This document shows, piece by piece, positions 1-8,782 of a DNA stretch of 64,000 nt (position 1 is its first letter; each line of letters begins with the position of its first letter). Position numbers and translations under genes: made by a program. Source of the DNA: Candidatus Levyibacteriota bacterium (GTDB lineage: Bacteria; Patescibacteriota; Microgenomatia; Levybacterales; UBA12049); the NCBI GenBank assembly GCA_963790825.1, contig CAWBPM010000003.1:317681-381680 (forward strand), in the 5' to 3' direction. The notes below the pieces were generated by a model that saw only the letters and a list, made by a program, of their open reading frames with translations, was not told where the DNA came from and did not search any database.

Positions 1-267
1 TTGAATTATTTTTAACTCTCATATTGACTTGTAAAGTCTACCACCTGAAGAAGTCATTTCAAAAGTCCTTTTAAACTCAGGTTTGACAGGCTAAATTAGC
101 GGAATTTTTCGAGTTTTGAAATGAGTAAAAAGGGGTTCTAGCTTTACGTATATTTATCAATTTTCTTCTGAATCTTAATGGTTTCATTTCATAGCTCACA
201 TTTTATAGAAAATCTGGCAAGTGTAGATTTATTACCCTTAAACTTTCACAGTTTCATTTATATACTT

Positions 268-1029
268 TTAAATACAATTTTTAATAATGCCGTTCTCTTT
301 AAAACTAAAATATTCATCTGAAGTAACTATCAGATGATCTAGTATAGAAATACCCACTAGCTTACCTGCTTCTACAAGTCTATTTGTTGTGGATATATCT
401 TCCTGTGATGGTCTGTAGTCTTCAGATGGATGATTATGAGAAATAATAATCTGTGCGACATTTTCTTTTATAGCTTTTTTAAAAACTTCTCTTGGATGCA
501 CTAAACTGGAATTTAATGTGCCTACGCTAATTTCTTCATTAATTAATTTATTTCGTGTATCAAAATACAGAATAGTAAAGTGTTCTTCTTTTTTACTTCC
601 TATTTTTGATTGAAGGTATTCGGCAACTAACTTAGGAGAATTTAATAAAATTTTAGGAGATATTTTTTCCTTTGAGTATCGTTCGTAAATCGCTTTAAAT
701 AGAATCAATCCCAAAGCACTGGAACGCCCAATTCCCTTAATTGTAATTAGTTCAGTTATGTCTGCATCTAAAGCCCCTTTAAGGTTTTTGAATTTCTTTA
801 TAGCTTCTTTAGCCATGGGTTTACAATCTTTACGAGGTGTACCCAGAGTCAATAGCAATTCGATTATTTCGTAATCCAAAAAACCGTCTAGCCCAGCCTC
901 AATAAATTTTTCTCGAAGTCTTTTCCTATGCCCTTCGGCTGAATTTATTTTTTTGGTAATTAAATCAGAAGAATCGTTACTTTTCATTATTCTCTTGATC
1001 GACATTGAATGAAGCACCGCCAGCGTCAT
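268..1029 (-). CDS. radC: RadC-like JAB-domain protein (UPF0758). The likely true start is the internal Met near 987, because the upstream ORF ends at 977.
   Basis: C-terminal JAB/MPN motif ...IIISHNHPSEDYRPSQEDISTTNRL... (HNHPSG-type). N-terminal helix-hairpin-helix-like region. Overlaps the stop of the upstream DUF2075 gene, suggesting an operon. Confidence 0.8.
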   Translation of the reverse strand: MTLAVLHSMSIKRIMKSNDSSDLITKKINSAEGHRKRLREKFIEAGLDGFLDYEIIELLLTLGTPRKDCKPMAKEAIKKFKNLKGALDADITELITIKGIGRSSALGLILFKAIYERYSKEKISPKILLNSPKLVAEYLQSKIGSKKEEHFTILYFDTRNKLINEEISVGTLNSSLVHPREVFKKAIKENVAQIIISHNHPSEDYRPSQEDISTTNRLVEAGKLVGISILDHLIVTSDEYFSFKENGIIKNCI

Positions 1030-2902
1030 TATCGTATAAAGCAGAATTCATATTTTTGTTGTTTAAATGATTTTTAAAATATTCTTGTGTTTCTCTATCA
1101 ACTGAGTAAATGTAGCATCCCTTCATCCCTCTAGTCATAAGTGTCCTATATGTATTTTTAATAATCGTATCCACCATTATCTTTGCTGATTCTGGATTTT
1201 CTTTAAGCATATTCTTTATTCCTTTTACTGATTGATCTGTAGATGCACGCTTTGTCGCATCTGTAATAATCTTGCCGTTACGGATTATCATATCTGGACC
1301 GATTATTACCCCGACATAATCTAACTCCAATCCTTGAGAAGTGTGGATACAACCTACCTCTTTAACAGAATCAGGATGAATTATCCAAGCCTGACCGTGG
1401 GAGTTCAGATTCCAAGTAGCTTTATAATCTCCGATCACTATATCTTTTAATTCAGTATTATTCTTACTTATCCACTTCCAGCAATAACCGGCTAGTAATC
1501 TTGACTTATTGTTTTTCTGATTTAGGCCAATTATTTTTTCATGAAGAACACTGGGACTGTCTATAACTTTAAAGTCGAAATTAATATCTTCTAATGATTC
1601 ATTCGCCGTTTCTCTTATTTGTAATAGATTATCAATCCAAGCTAGATAACCGTCTGACCCATTACATCTAAACTGAGACTCTAATGTTAAAGATGTAACC
1701 TTTGCGTCAGCGTTTTTTGCCCAATTAATAATTTCCGATTTTTTACCTATATCTTTCAATGTAACTCTTTGATCCTCGTCAATAAAAAAAATACAAAGTT
1801 TGGAAGCATTTATTAACTCTTTTATTTGGTTTTCTCCTAGGTGACTAAATAAACCCGACTTTGCATTAAGTCTATGTGCTTCATCAACAATAAGCGAATC
1901 AAATGTATTAGCTCCGATATCATAAAATGAGCCCGATGAAGTAAATAAATTTGAAATACGGGTCTTTGTAAATTTCCCACTTAGTTTCACTTGGTAGACT
2001 TCTCGAGGTGCTGAATTTTTCGTAACGTATTGTGTTACGTCTCCTCTTTTTGTCAGTTCGGTAAGTAAATTTATCGCAACGACTGATTTTCCTGTACCAG
2101 GCCCTCCTTCCACTATTAGCACATTTTTATTAAAGTCAGACGATTCTTTTGCTAATTCAAGGGCAGTTTCGTATACAATTTTTTGATCGTCAATTAATAT
2201 AAATTCCTTATTGCCCTCAAGCATCGAAGCAAGGTTATCAGCTAATGCCTTAGATGGTCTAATTTTCCCATTCTCAATGTCATACAATATATTTGTTTTG
2301 TCACCAAATTTTACGAATCGTTTTATAAATAGTTGCAGTTTTAAGGCATCAGTTTTTAAAAATACAGGAGCCTTATCTGTGTATTCTTTATAAAAATTGT
2401 TATTAATAATTTCATAGCTGTCATAATTATGTAGGTATGCGCATGGAACTAAAGATATATTATTTTCCTGAACAGTACTGTTAAAGTCTTCTAATAATGT
2501 TGCGTATGACCAAACTTGATATGATGGGTGAGCAACTTCTCCATAAAAAGTTGTATTAAGAACGCCGTCTTTTTCAGATAAACTTACACCATCGCTCCAT
2601 TGTTTCAGCTCTACAATTACTGCTACTTTTCTATTCTCACTATTTGTGCCGGTAATTATAAAATCTATTCTTTTAGATGTTTGTGGAATCTTATATTCAA
2701 TTGCGATACCGGCATCATCGGGGATACTTGAATCGTTAATAACATTACTCATGTAAGGCATAGATTTACGCCATGAATTAATTTCACTTTTACCTGTCGA
2801 ATGTCCCATCTCTCGCACAAATGATGTAAGAATTTGTTGCTCTACTTGTCCAGACAATACATCGCTGAGGAAGTCTTTTTTGTTAGATGAATAAACAATC
2901 AT
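977..2902 (-). CDS. DUF2075-type (Schlafen/Nhi-like) P-loop NTPase with an N-terminal PD-(D/E)xK-like nuclease module
   Basis: N-terminus ...RIDFIITGTNS...VAVIVELKQW (D...ELK restriction-endonuclease-like core). Walker A GGPGTGKS, then DEAHRL (Walker B/DEAD-like). C-terminal GCIHTSQGLELDYVGVII...YRTLMTRGMKGCYIY, typical of DUF2075 helicase-like ATPases. Confidence 0.6.
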   Translation of the reverse strand: MIVYSSNKKDFLSDVLSGQVEQQILTSFVREMGHSTGKSEINSWRKSMPYMSNVINDSSIPDDAGIAIEYKIPQTSKRIDFIITGTNSENRKVAVIVELKQWSDGVSLSEKDGVLNTTFYGEVAHPSYQVWSYATLLEDFNSTVQENNISLVPCAYLHNYDSYEIINNNFYKEYTDKAPVFLKTDALKLQLFIKRFVKFGDKTNILYDIENGKIRPSKALADNLASMLEGNKEFILIDDQKIVYETALELAKESSDFNKNVLIVEGGPGTGKSVVAINLLTELTKRGDVTQYVTKNSAPREVYQVKLSGKFTKTRISNLFTSSGSFYDIGANTFDSLIVDEAHRLNAKSGLFSHLGENQIKELINASKLCIFFIDEDQRVTLKDIGKKSEIINWAKNADAKVTSLTLESQFRCNGSDGYLAWIDNLLQIRETANESLEDINFDFKVIDSPSVLHEKIIGLNQKNNKSRLLAGYCWKWISKNNTELKDIVIGDYKATWNLNSHGQAWIIHPDSVKEVGCIHTSQGLELDYVGVIIGPDMIIRNGKIITDATKRASTDQSVKGIKNMLKENPESAKIMVDTIIKNTYRTLMTRGMKGCYIYSVDRETQEYFKNHLNNKNMNSALYDNDAGGASFNVDQENNEK

Positions 2903-2905
2903 AAA

Positions 2906-3253
2906 TTATAATTCAGTATATTTTGTGTGTTTTCCTTTTGCTTTTTCGACAGGATATTTTTTTTTATTTTTTTTAAGTTTTTTTTCTAAGGCTATTGTAG
3001 GATCAATACTTAAGTCGTGACTAGCGAGTAAAACCCAATACAAAACATCTGCAAGTTCTTCACCAATTGCTTCTCTATTTTTCTTTATATACTCTTCCAT
3101 TTCTTTCTCGTTTTTCCATTGAAAATGTTCCATAAATTCTCCCGCTTCAAGTGAGAGAGATAGCGCAACGTCTTTAGGATTATGAAATTGTTTCCAATTT
3201 CTTGCATCGCGAAATTTTATTATTTTTTCTGTTAATTGTTTTATACTGGACAT
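2906..3253 (-). CDS. MazG-like nucleoside triphosphate pyrophosphohydrolase (all-alpha NTP-PPase)
   Basis: Motifs LSLEAGEFMEHF and GEELADVLYWVLLAS match the EExxE/D metal-binding helices of MazG/dUTPase-like NTP-PPases. Stop is 3 nt from the DUF2075 gene start. Confidence 0.65.
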   Translation of the reverse strand: MSSIKQLTEKIIKFRDARNWKQFHNPKDVALSLSLEAGEFMEHFQWKNEKEMEEYIKKNREAIGEELADVLYWVLLASHDLSIDPTIALEKKLKKNKKKYPVEKAKGKHTKYTEL

Positions 3254-3382
3254 AAATATTAAACCTGATCCGTATTATACGCTTTTTGGGGGAGGTTTGG
3301 AAAATTAACCCGCTATTAACTTTCAACTAATAACCAATAACTTCGTTTCTGTGAGCTTTGAAATCAAGCGGGGTAAAAATTA

Positions 3383-3436
3383 GTTGATGTCTTTATTGAC
3401 AATATCAACTAAATAGTATAATATGTTGATATTACT
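3383..3436 (+). promoter_or_regulatory. Sigma70-like promoter (TTGACA at 3396-3401; TATAAT/TAATAT at 3417-3424). It is overlapped by three GTTGAT/ATCAAC half-sites (3384-3389, 3404-3409, 3425-3430), an operator-like arrangement upstream of fic.
   Basis: Read directly: agttgatgtctttaTTGACAatatcaactaaatagTATAATatgttgatattactATG. Inverted repeat AATATCAAC(15 nt)GTTGATATT brackets the -10 element. Confidence 0.5.
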
Positions 3437-4618
3437 ATGGATAATGTCAACTCAGTGCAAATAGGCCGCTATGTCCAACAAAGTCATGGCTATAAAGCCT
3501 TTACTCCTTTTGAATTTCCGCCAAAAGGCGGTTTTATAATCAGCCCAAAATTATACAAAAAGCACGAAGAGGCTATAAGATTAGTCGGTAAATTAGATGG
3601 TATCACCAGACTCCTTCCGGATAAAGATTTTTTTCTGTTAATGTTTATAAAAAAAGATGCCACCTATTCTAGTCAGATTGAGGGTACAAAAGCTACATTG
3701 CAGGATGCAGTAGCTGAGCCAGTTACAGAAGAAAAGTCTCGACGACACCCGGACGTTGATGATATTATCCATTATATTGATGCTTTAAATTATGGCATTG
3801 AAAGAACTAAAACTTTACCAATCTCACTAAGACTTATAAGAGAAATCCACGAGCGATTGATGACTGGTGCACGTTCAACTCAGCATGCATATCCAGGAGA
3901 ATTTCGTCATTCCCAAAACTGGATAGGAGGGAAGACTCCAGCCGATGCTTCATTTGTTCCTCCTGCTCCAGTAGATATGCATAAGTCATTAAATGATCTG
4001 GAAAAATTTATCCATACAATAGATGAATATCCATCTTTAGTAAAAGCAGGACTAATCCATGCACAATTTGAAACAATTCATCCTTTTACAGACGGTAATG
4101 GCAGAACAGGAAGGATGTTAATTGCCATGTATATCCATCATGCCAGACTTTTAGAAATACCAGTTCTATACTTATCTAGCTATTTTAAAAAGTATCAAAA
4201 ACTTTACTACCAAAAACTGCAGGATTATCATGATGAAAATACACAGATGGAAGCCTGGCTGGAGTTTTTTTTGGAAGGTATTGCAGAAATTGCAAATGCT
4301 TCTATAGAAACATGTACAAAAATAACTGTCCTGAGAGACTCAGACTTTGCCAAAATGCAAAAACTTGGGAAAAAATCAGCACAGTCCACTTTGGAAATAA
4401 TCCGTAGATTATTTGGTCAGCCAATTGTGGGAGTTGCGGAAATAATGAAATGGACAGGTTTCAGTCCGCAAGGAGCATATAATGTTATTAAGCGGCTTGA
4501 AGACTTAAAAATTCTGGAACCTCTTGGTGATGCTACGTATGGACAAAAATACATTTATGCTGATTATTATGAAATCTTTGATGATACTTTTAGAGAAGCT
4601 AGGAGAAAAAATACATGA
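3437..4618 (+). CDS. fic: Fic/Doc family protein (AMPylase-type, class II with N-terminal inhibitory helix)
   Basis: Canonical Fic motif HPFTDGNGRTGR. N-terminal Fic_N-like region. Inhibitory S/TxxIEG motif (SSQIEGT). C-terminal winged-helix-like tail. Confidence 0.85.
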   Translation: MDNVNSVQIGRYVQQSHGYKAFTPFEFPPKGGFIISPKLYKKHEEAIRLVGKLDGITRLLPDKDFFLLMFIKKDATYSSQIEGTKATLQDAVAEPVTEEKSRRHPDVDDIIHYIDALNYGIERTKTLPISLRLIREIHERLMTGARSTQHAYPGEFRHSQNWIGGKTPADASFVPPAPVDMHKSLNDLEKFIHTIDEYPSLVKAGLIHAQFETIHPFTDGNGRTGRMLIAMYIHHARLLEIPVLYLSSYFKKYQKLYYQKLQDYHDENTQMEAWLEFFLEGIAEIANASIETCTKITVLRDSDFAKMQKLGKKSAQSTLEIIRRLFGQPIVGVAEIMKWTGFSPQGAYNVIKRLEDLKILEPLGDATYGQKYIYADYYEIFDDTFREARRKNT

Positions 4619-5292
4619 TTAAACTATCAAGATCAAAAATAGAATTACTATTTGATTGTCCAAGATGCTTCTGGCTCTATGCCGGGAAGGGAATAGCAAG
4701 ACCCTTTGGTGCTCCTTATACTATCAATAACGCGGTGGATTTCCTTCTGAAGAAAGAATTTGACGAGCATAGAAAAAATGGAACAGCTCATTGGTTAATA
4801 AAAAGAGAAGGAATAGATGCGATTCCGTTTATGCATGAAGATATCGATAAATGGAGGAATAATTTTACAGGAATTCAATATTACGATGGGGATACAGACT
4901 TTCTTGTTTTTGGTGCAGTAGATGATATTTGGGTTGATTCGAAAGGTAGTTTAATGGTTGTTGATTATAAAGCATCCGGCGCAAAAGAAGGCGAGCTACA
5001 TGACAGCTACAAACGCCAGATGGAGATTTATCAATGGATACTTCGAAAGAACGGTTTCAAGGTATTAAATAGAGGTTATTTTGTTTATTGCCGAGTAAAT
5101 AAAGATAATGGATTCGCAGACGGAAAATTAAGTTTTGACATAAAAGTGCAGCCGTATGACGGAGATGATTCCTGGGTCGAAAAAACTATTAAAGAAGCAA
5201 TTGAGTGCTTAAAGAGTGATAAAATACCTGATCCGGGTCTGGATTGTGATTTTTGTAAATACAGAGAGGCAGTTAGGCAGTTTGAAAAATAA
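4615..5292 (+). CDS. PD-(D/E)xK nuclease, Cas4/RecB-like, with 2+2 cysteines (possible Fe-S cluster)
   Basis: N-terminal CPRCFW. Motif II D (GAVDDIWVD). Motif III VVDYK. QxxxY motif (YKRQMEIYQWIL). C-terminal CDFCKY. Start overlaps the fic stop (ATGA). Confidence 0.6.
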   Translation: MIKLSRSKIELLFDCPRCFWLYAGKGIARPFGAPYTINNAVDFLLKKEFDEHRKNGTAHWLIKREGIDAIPFMHEDIDKWRNNFTGIQYYDGDTDFLVFGAVDDIWVDSKGSLMVVDYKASGAKEGELHDSYKRQMEIYQWILRKNGFKVLNRGYFVYCRVNKDNGFADGKLSFDIKVQPYDGDDSWVEKTIKEAIECLKSDKIPDPGLDCDFCKYREAVRQFEK

Positions 5293-5310
5293 GAAATTAT
5301 AATATAAACA

Positions 5311-6174
5311 ATGCAAAATAACTATACAGCTACAGAAAAAGACTTTAAAGCTATCGAGGAAGGAATACAAACAGTTTGGAGCCCGAAGTTATCATTTATT
5401 TTTAAAGATAAAGATATAATAAGGAATAGCGCAATTGTTGCTTTCGACAGTAAATATATTTACATCTGGACGACAAAAAAACTTGATAATGTAGATAAAA
5501 TTTACTGTTCATTAAAAAACTACTTCGCATATAAATGCCCACATAATATTGACATAGAGAATATTGACCGGATGGGATGGCGGGCCGGAATTTGGCCCCT
5601 TGAGCTAAATAATTTCTTACCACGGGAGCTTAAAAAAAACGATTTTGAAATTCCAAAACCCTGCGGAAGTATGCTTGGGGATTTTATCGTAAACCAAAAA
5701 AAGATCAGAGGAGAAAAAAATAATCCATATATAACTCATGATAGTTACTTAGCTACTATCGTCCACGAATTTGGACATATTTATTACAATCAACACAGAC
5801 TTTGGTGGTATTCAGACAAAACAGAAAATATTGGATATTTGCAGACTGCTTTAAATTTATATCTGGGTAAAAAAACGGGTAAAATTAAAGTCAGAATGCC
5901 ATCACCTACGTTCTTTAATGAAATTTTTGCTTTTTGCTCAGAATATTCTGCCGCAAAGATATTTTGGCAACAGCACAAAGAGAATCTGGATAAATTTGCC
6001 GTAGAATTAATAAAAAATATAATCAAAGAAGAAGAGCAAAAAAATTTAGATAATGAAGATTCCGTATTACAAATAGAAAACGCACACTATGGATCTTTTG
6101 TTTTGGGAAAGATCCTAATAGAAGAATCTCCTGCCTCATGGCCTCAAAAACTGTTACAACAACAAATATTATAA
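5311..6174 (+). CDS. hypothetical protein with HExxH zinc-metallopeptidase-like motif
   Basis: IVHEFGHIYYNQH (HExxH). No other recognisable domain. Third gene of the fic operon, 18-nt gap. Confidence 0.4.
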   Translation: MQNNYTATEKDFKAIEEGIQTVWSPKLSFIFKDKDIIRNSAIVAFDSKYIYIWTTKKLDNVDKIYCSLKNYFAYKCPHNIDIENIDRMGWRAGIWPLELNNFLPRELKKNDFEIPKPCGSMLGDFIVNQKKIRGEKNNPYITHDSYLATIVHEFGHIYYNQHRLWWYSDKTENIGYLQTALNLYLGKKTGKIKVRMPSPTFFNEIFAFCSEYSAAKIFWQQHKENLDKFAVELIKNIIKEEEQKNLDNEDSVLQIENAHYGSFVLGKILIEESPASWPQKLLQQQIL

Positions 6175-6193
6175 GAGTTTTGTTTCTTTTGCC
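6171..6193. repeat. AAGAGTTTTG-family intergenic repeat, copy D (aagagttttgtttcttttgcc)
   Basis: Shares aagagttttgtttcttttg with 12317-12335. The AAGAGTTTTG core also occurs at 8471, 9213 and 9271. Confidence 0.6.
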
Positions 6194-6225
6194 GTGTTCG
6201 CGCAGCTGACTTTTCGTCTCTTTAC

Positions 6226-6861
6226 TTATTGGTTCTTAAGAACCATTTCCCGGATTTGTTGTCGTCTGGGTTTGACATACCAGGTCGTCCAAACAAGTGT
6301 CAGGATTGAAATTGCGGTGAGGATAATCGGTGAAACTACCAGGACTACCGGAGTAGGTAATGAATAAACCATGATAACCCGTAAAATGAACTCGCCGACA
6401 TACGCCACTCCCCAAATGAGCGTTATTAAGCGGAACAGATCAAGTGCGATTTTCATTTGTAAAGATTTGCTAAATCTTTTTCTTTTTTCCGGATCTTTTC
6501 CTGCCACAAATTCACGGGCGAAATAAAACATTAACGGTCTTTTCGTCGGTAATGTTAAAAAACAGGCGATTCCGAGAAATCCGGTAAAGAACGATTCGCG
6601 GATCAGTAAAAGGCGGGGGCTGCCGCCAAGCAAAACTCCGGCAATACTAGTGAGTGTCCCGAGTAGTACTGTCGTCGAAATGACGTTCAGCGTATGATCT
6701 TTCATAAATTCGACTAATGTATCAAAAATTGGATACAGTGATGCCAGACTAAGCGCGATTACTTCTGATGCGGCGAAATATTTTTTAGCAATCGTGTACA
6801 TTGCGAAAGGAATGATGATGTTTAATAGTAAATCTTTTAGTGTATCCCGGAATTTTAGCAT
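6226..6861 (-). CDS. hypothetical integral membrane protein (higher GC than flanks)
   Basis: Multiple hydrophobic helices. No recognised motif. GC about 47% versus about 31% in the adjacent island. Confidence 0.5.
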   Translation of the reverse strand: MLKFRDTLKDLLLNIIIPFAMYTIAKKYFAASEVIALSLASLYPIFDTLVEFMKDHTLNVISTTVLLGTLTSIAGVLLGGSPRLLLIRESFFTGFLGIACFLTLPTKRPLMFYFAREFVAGKDPEKRKRFSKSLQMKIALDLFRLITLIWGVAYVGEFILRVIMVYSLPTPVVLVVSPIILTAISILTLVWTTWYVKPRRQQIREMVLKNQ

Positions 6862-7151
6862 GACCTACCCAGACTAGCATATTTGAAGCTATTTTCCTAG
6901 GACCGTTTCCATCTAAGAGGTCATTTGCCATAGAAACCAACCGCGTTTCCGTCCTTTGGTATTTGCATTTTAAAGCAGTGATTCTTTTACAGAGTATATA
7001 TCTAAGGTCGTTTTTCGTTCTTTTTGTGAGCATTGAAACAAAGCGCGTTAAAAATTATGAAATGAGTTGTCAGGGGGATTCCGGCGAATTGCCGGAGGGG
7101 GTGATATAACCCGATCAGTTCGCGAAAGCATTTTAGCTGACCGTTCACTGG

Positions 7152-7232
7152 CAAGAGAGCTTTGGTACTTTCTCGGCAGAAAGTATAGAAATAAAAAACG
7201 GGACGTTACTTAAAAATCCCCGAGGGGCGGAA
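7152..7232. repeat. Hairpin-containing intergenic repeat, copy A. 8-bp stem TACTTTCT-cggc-AGAAAGTA at 7166-7185, then a degenerate second module ending CGAGGGG.
   Basis: Direct comparison with 8432-8508 and 9170-9282. Confidence 0.6.
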
Positions 7233-7290
7233 GCGTTATATTTCTTATTCTATTGACAAGTCGTTGGGTTTGGGCCAAGATTAAATTGTA

Positions 7291-7869
7291 ATGGTAAAAC
7301 CTAATATCTATGCAGTTATTCTGGTCGGACTTTTAGCTGGATTAGCACAGTATACCGCTACAACTGCGTCTTTTTATCTGGTTGAGTTTTCAGGAATATT
7401 TTTCGGATTGTTCATGGGAACTTACTACTGTGTATTTTATAAACAGTCAGTCGCGAAAGCACTTTTATATATGCTAATTTCAGGCGTGTGTTTTTATGTA
7501 TCATGTTTGGTTTTTACTTTTATCAATCCCATATCATTCACATCTGGATATGATGAGACGAACTGGCTGAGATCAATAATGGCATTGTTGTGGGCTGGGG
7601 GAATCGGTGCTTTCGGTTTAGCCTTAGGTTTTCATTTTCTCTACAGCAAAATTACATCTCAGCGTTTCCTCGCGATTGTTGTAGTTGGGGGACTTCTAAG
7701 TTTTTTCTTTCTTTTAAATGGCGGTCCGATTTTCAATGAGTCAGGAAGCTCAAATCAATCCATACAGATTTTCTGGAGTTGGCTCTGGCTGTTTTTCGTC
7801 TGGCAAACCGGAGTGGCACTTACATTAACTTTTACGTTTCCCCAAAAGTCAGTAAATTCTAAATTCTAA
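7291..7869 (+). CDS. hypothetical integral membrane protein
   Basis: About 6 predicted TM helices. No motif. Confidence 0.5.
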   Translation: MVKPNIYAVILVGLLAGLAQYTATTASFYLVEFSGIFFGLFMGTYYCVFYKQSVAKALLYMLISGVCFYVSCLVFTFINPISFTSGYDETNWLRSIMALLWAGGIGAFGLALGFHFLYSKITSQRFLAIVVVGGLLSFFFLLNGGPIFNESGSSNQSIQIFWSWLWLFFVWQTGVALTLTFTFPQKSVNSKF

Positions 7870-7926
7870 CCCCCGGAGTTAAATAACTTCAAACCCCGGG
7901 TAGTTTCTACCTGGAAGGTGGAATAG

Positions 7927-8346
7927 CTACTGGTGAATGAATCTTTTTATTCCGAAACCGAATTGGGCAACCATTACCCAATATCCAATAAGAAGCATTA
8001 TGATATCTCCTCCGGATATAGTAGTAACGGAAATTTGCCAGAGAGATAGAAGTGTTGCTGCAATAAGATTTGCCAATCCCCAACGAAAGTTAACTTTCGG
8101 TTTTGTTTGTTGACCAAAAGGACTACGAGCAATAGTGTTTGACCGTCCCCAAATAAAATGAGGCATACCGTTCCCAAGAAAAGCACCGATTAAGAAATAC
8201 AAAAAGTAAGAGAGGAACATAATTAGACTGTAACAAATGTGCAGCGGATTATCAAGATAAATAATTTCCACCCTCCAGGTGGAATAGCAAGCTAAGTCTT
8301 GTGTTCCCATCGCGTTTCCATTCTTGGTAAATATAATATTGATCAT
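7927..8346 (-). CDS. hypothetical integral membrane protein
   Basis: Hydrophobic 139-aa ORF. No motif. Confidence 0.45.
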   Translation of the reverse strand: MINIIFTKNGNAMGTQDLACYSTWRVEIIYLDNPLHICYSLIMFLSYFLYFLIGAFLGNGMPHFIWGRSNTIARSPFGQQTKPKVNFRWGLANLIAATLLSLWQISVTTISGGDIIMLLIGYWVMVAQFGFGIKRFIHQ

Positions 8347-8431
8347 TCATTGAAAATTGCCATTGGTTCTGAGCGTAGCCAAGTTAAGCTTGGCGGAGTT
8401 GAAGGAAAAATTGGATTTTGAAAATTTATAT

Positions 8432-8508
8432 CCGCTTTCTCGGCAGAAAGTACAATAAAAAGGGTTGCAAAGAGTTTTGGGCGTCTTTTTAAAAAGACGC
8501 GAGGGGAA
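8432..8508. repeat. Hairpin-containing intergenic repeat, copy B. Hairpin 2 ctttct-cggc-agaaag at 8435-8450. AAGAGTTTTG at 8471-8480. Hairpin 1 gcgtcttttt/aaaaagacgc at 8481-8500. CGAGGGG at 8500-8506.
   Basis: Seen directly. Most complete copy of the unit. Confidence 0.65.
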
Positions 8509-8509
8509 T

Positions 8510-8782
8510 TTATTCATTTATCCGGGTGTAATTTTGAAGCAATATACTATACATTAATGCGTCTTCCGCAATTTTTTGTTTATCATCACCATCAAGAATT
8601 GTTTCCAGTTTCTCTAGGATTGTTTTTATATATGGTTTTATCTCTTCCTCATTAACCTCATTTCTTCGGGCGATTGCCTCTTGAGTGAAGCGTTTTGCCA
8701 TATTTATTGATCCTCTGTAATAGCCCAAGGCCACCCGTTTCAGATCCATACTTAAAGATTCTAATGCGATTTTATTATTCAT
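8510..8782 (-). CDS. hypothetical protein. Its stop overlaps the start of the upstream ORF by 8 nt.
   Basis: 90-aa ORF, translationally coupled with 8775..9116. Confidence 0.4.
   Translation of the reverse strand: MNNKIALESLSMDLKRVALGYYRGSINMAKRFTQEAIARRNEVNEEEIKPYIKTILEKLETILDGDDKQKIAEDALMYSILLQNYTRINE

Noticed and set aside
1-267. Possible gene or att site at the window start
   Set aside because: No ORF is present, and no repeat matches the right end of the island at about 6.2 kb. The island boundary probably lies outside the window.
7040-7130. Structured GC-rich segment gggggattccggcgaattgccggaggggg as a candidate SRP RNA / tmRNA / riboswitch
   Set aside because: No SRP helix-8 GGAAGCAGCC-like motif, no tRNA-like 3-prime end and no recognisable riboswitch core. 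It is left as part of the repeat-rich intergenic region.
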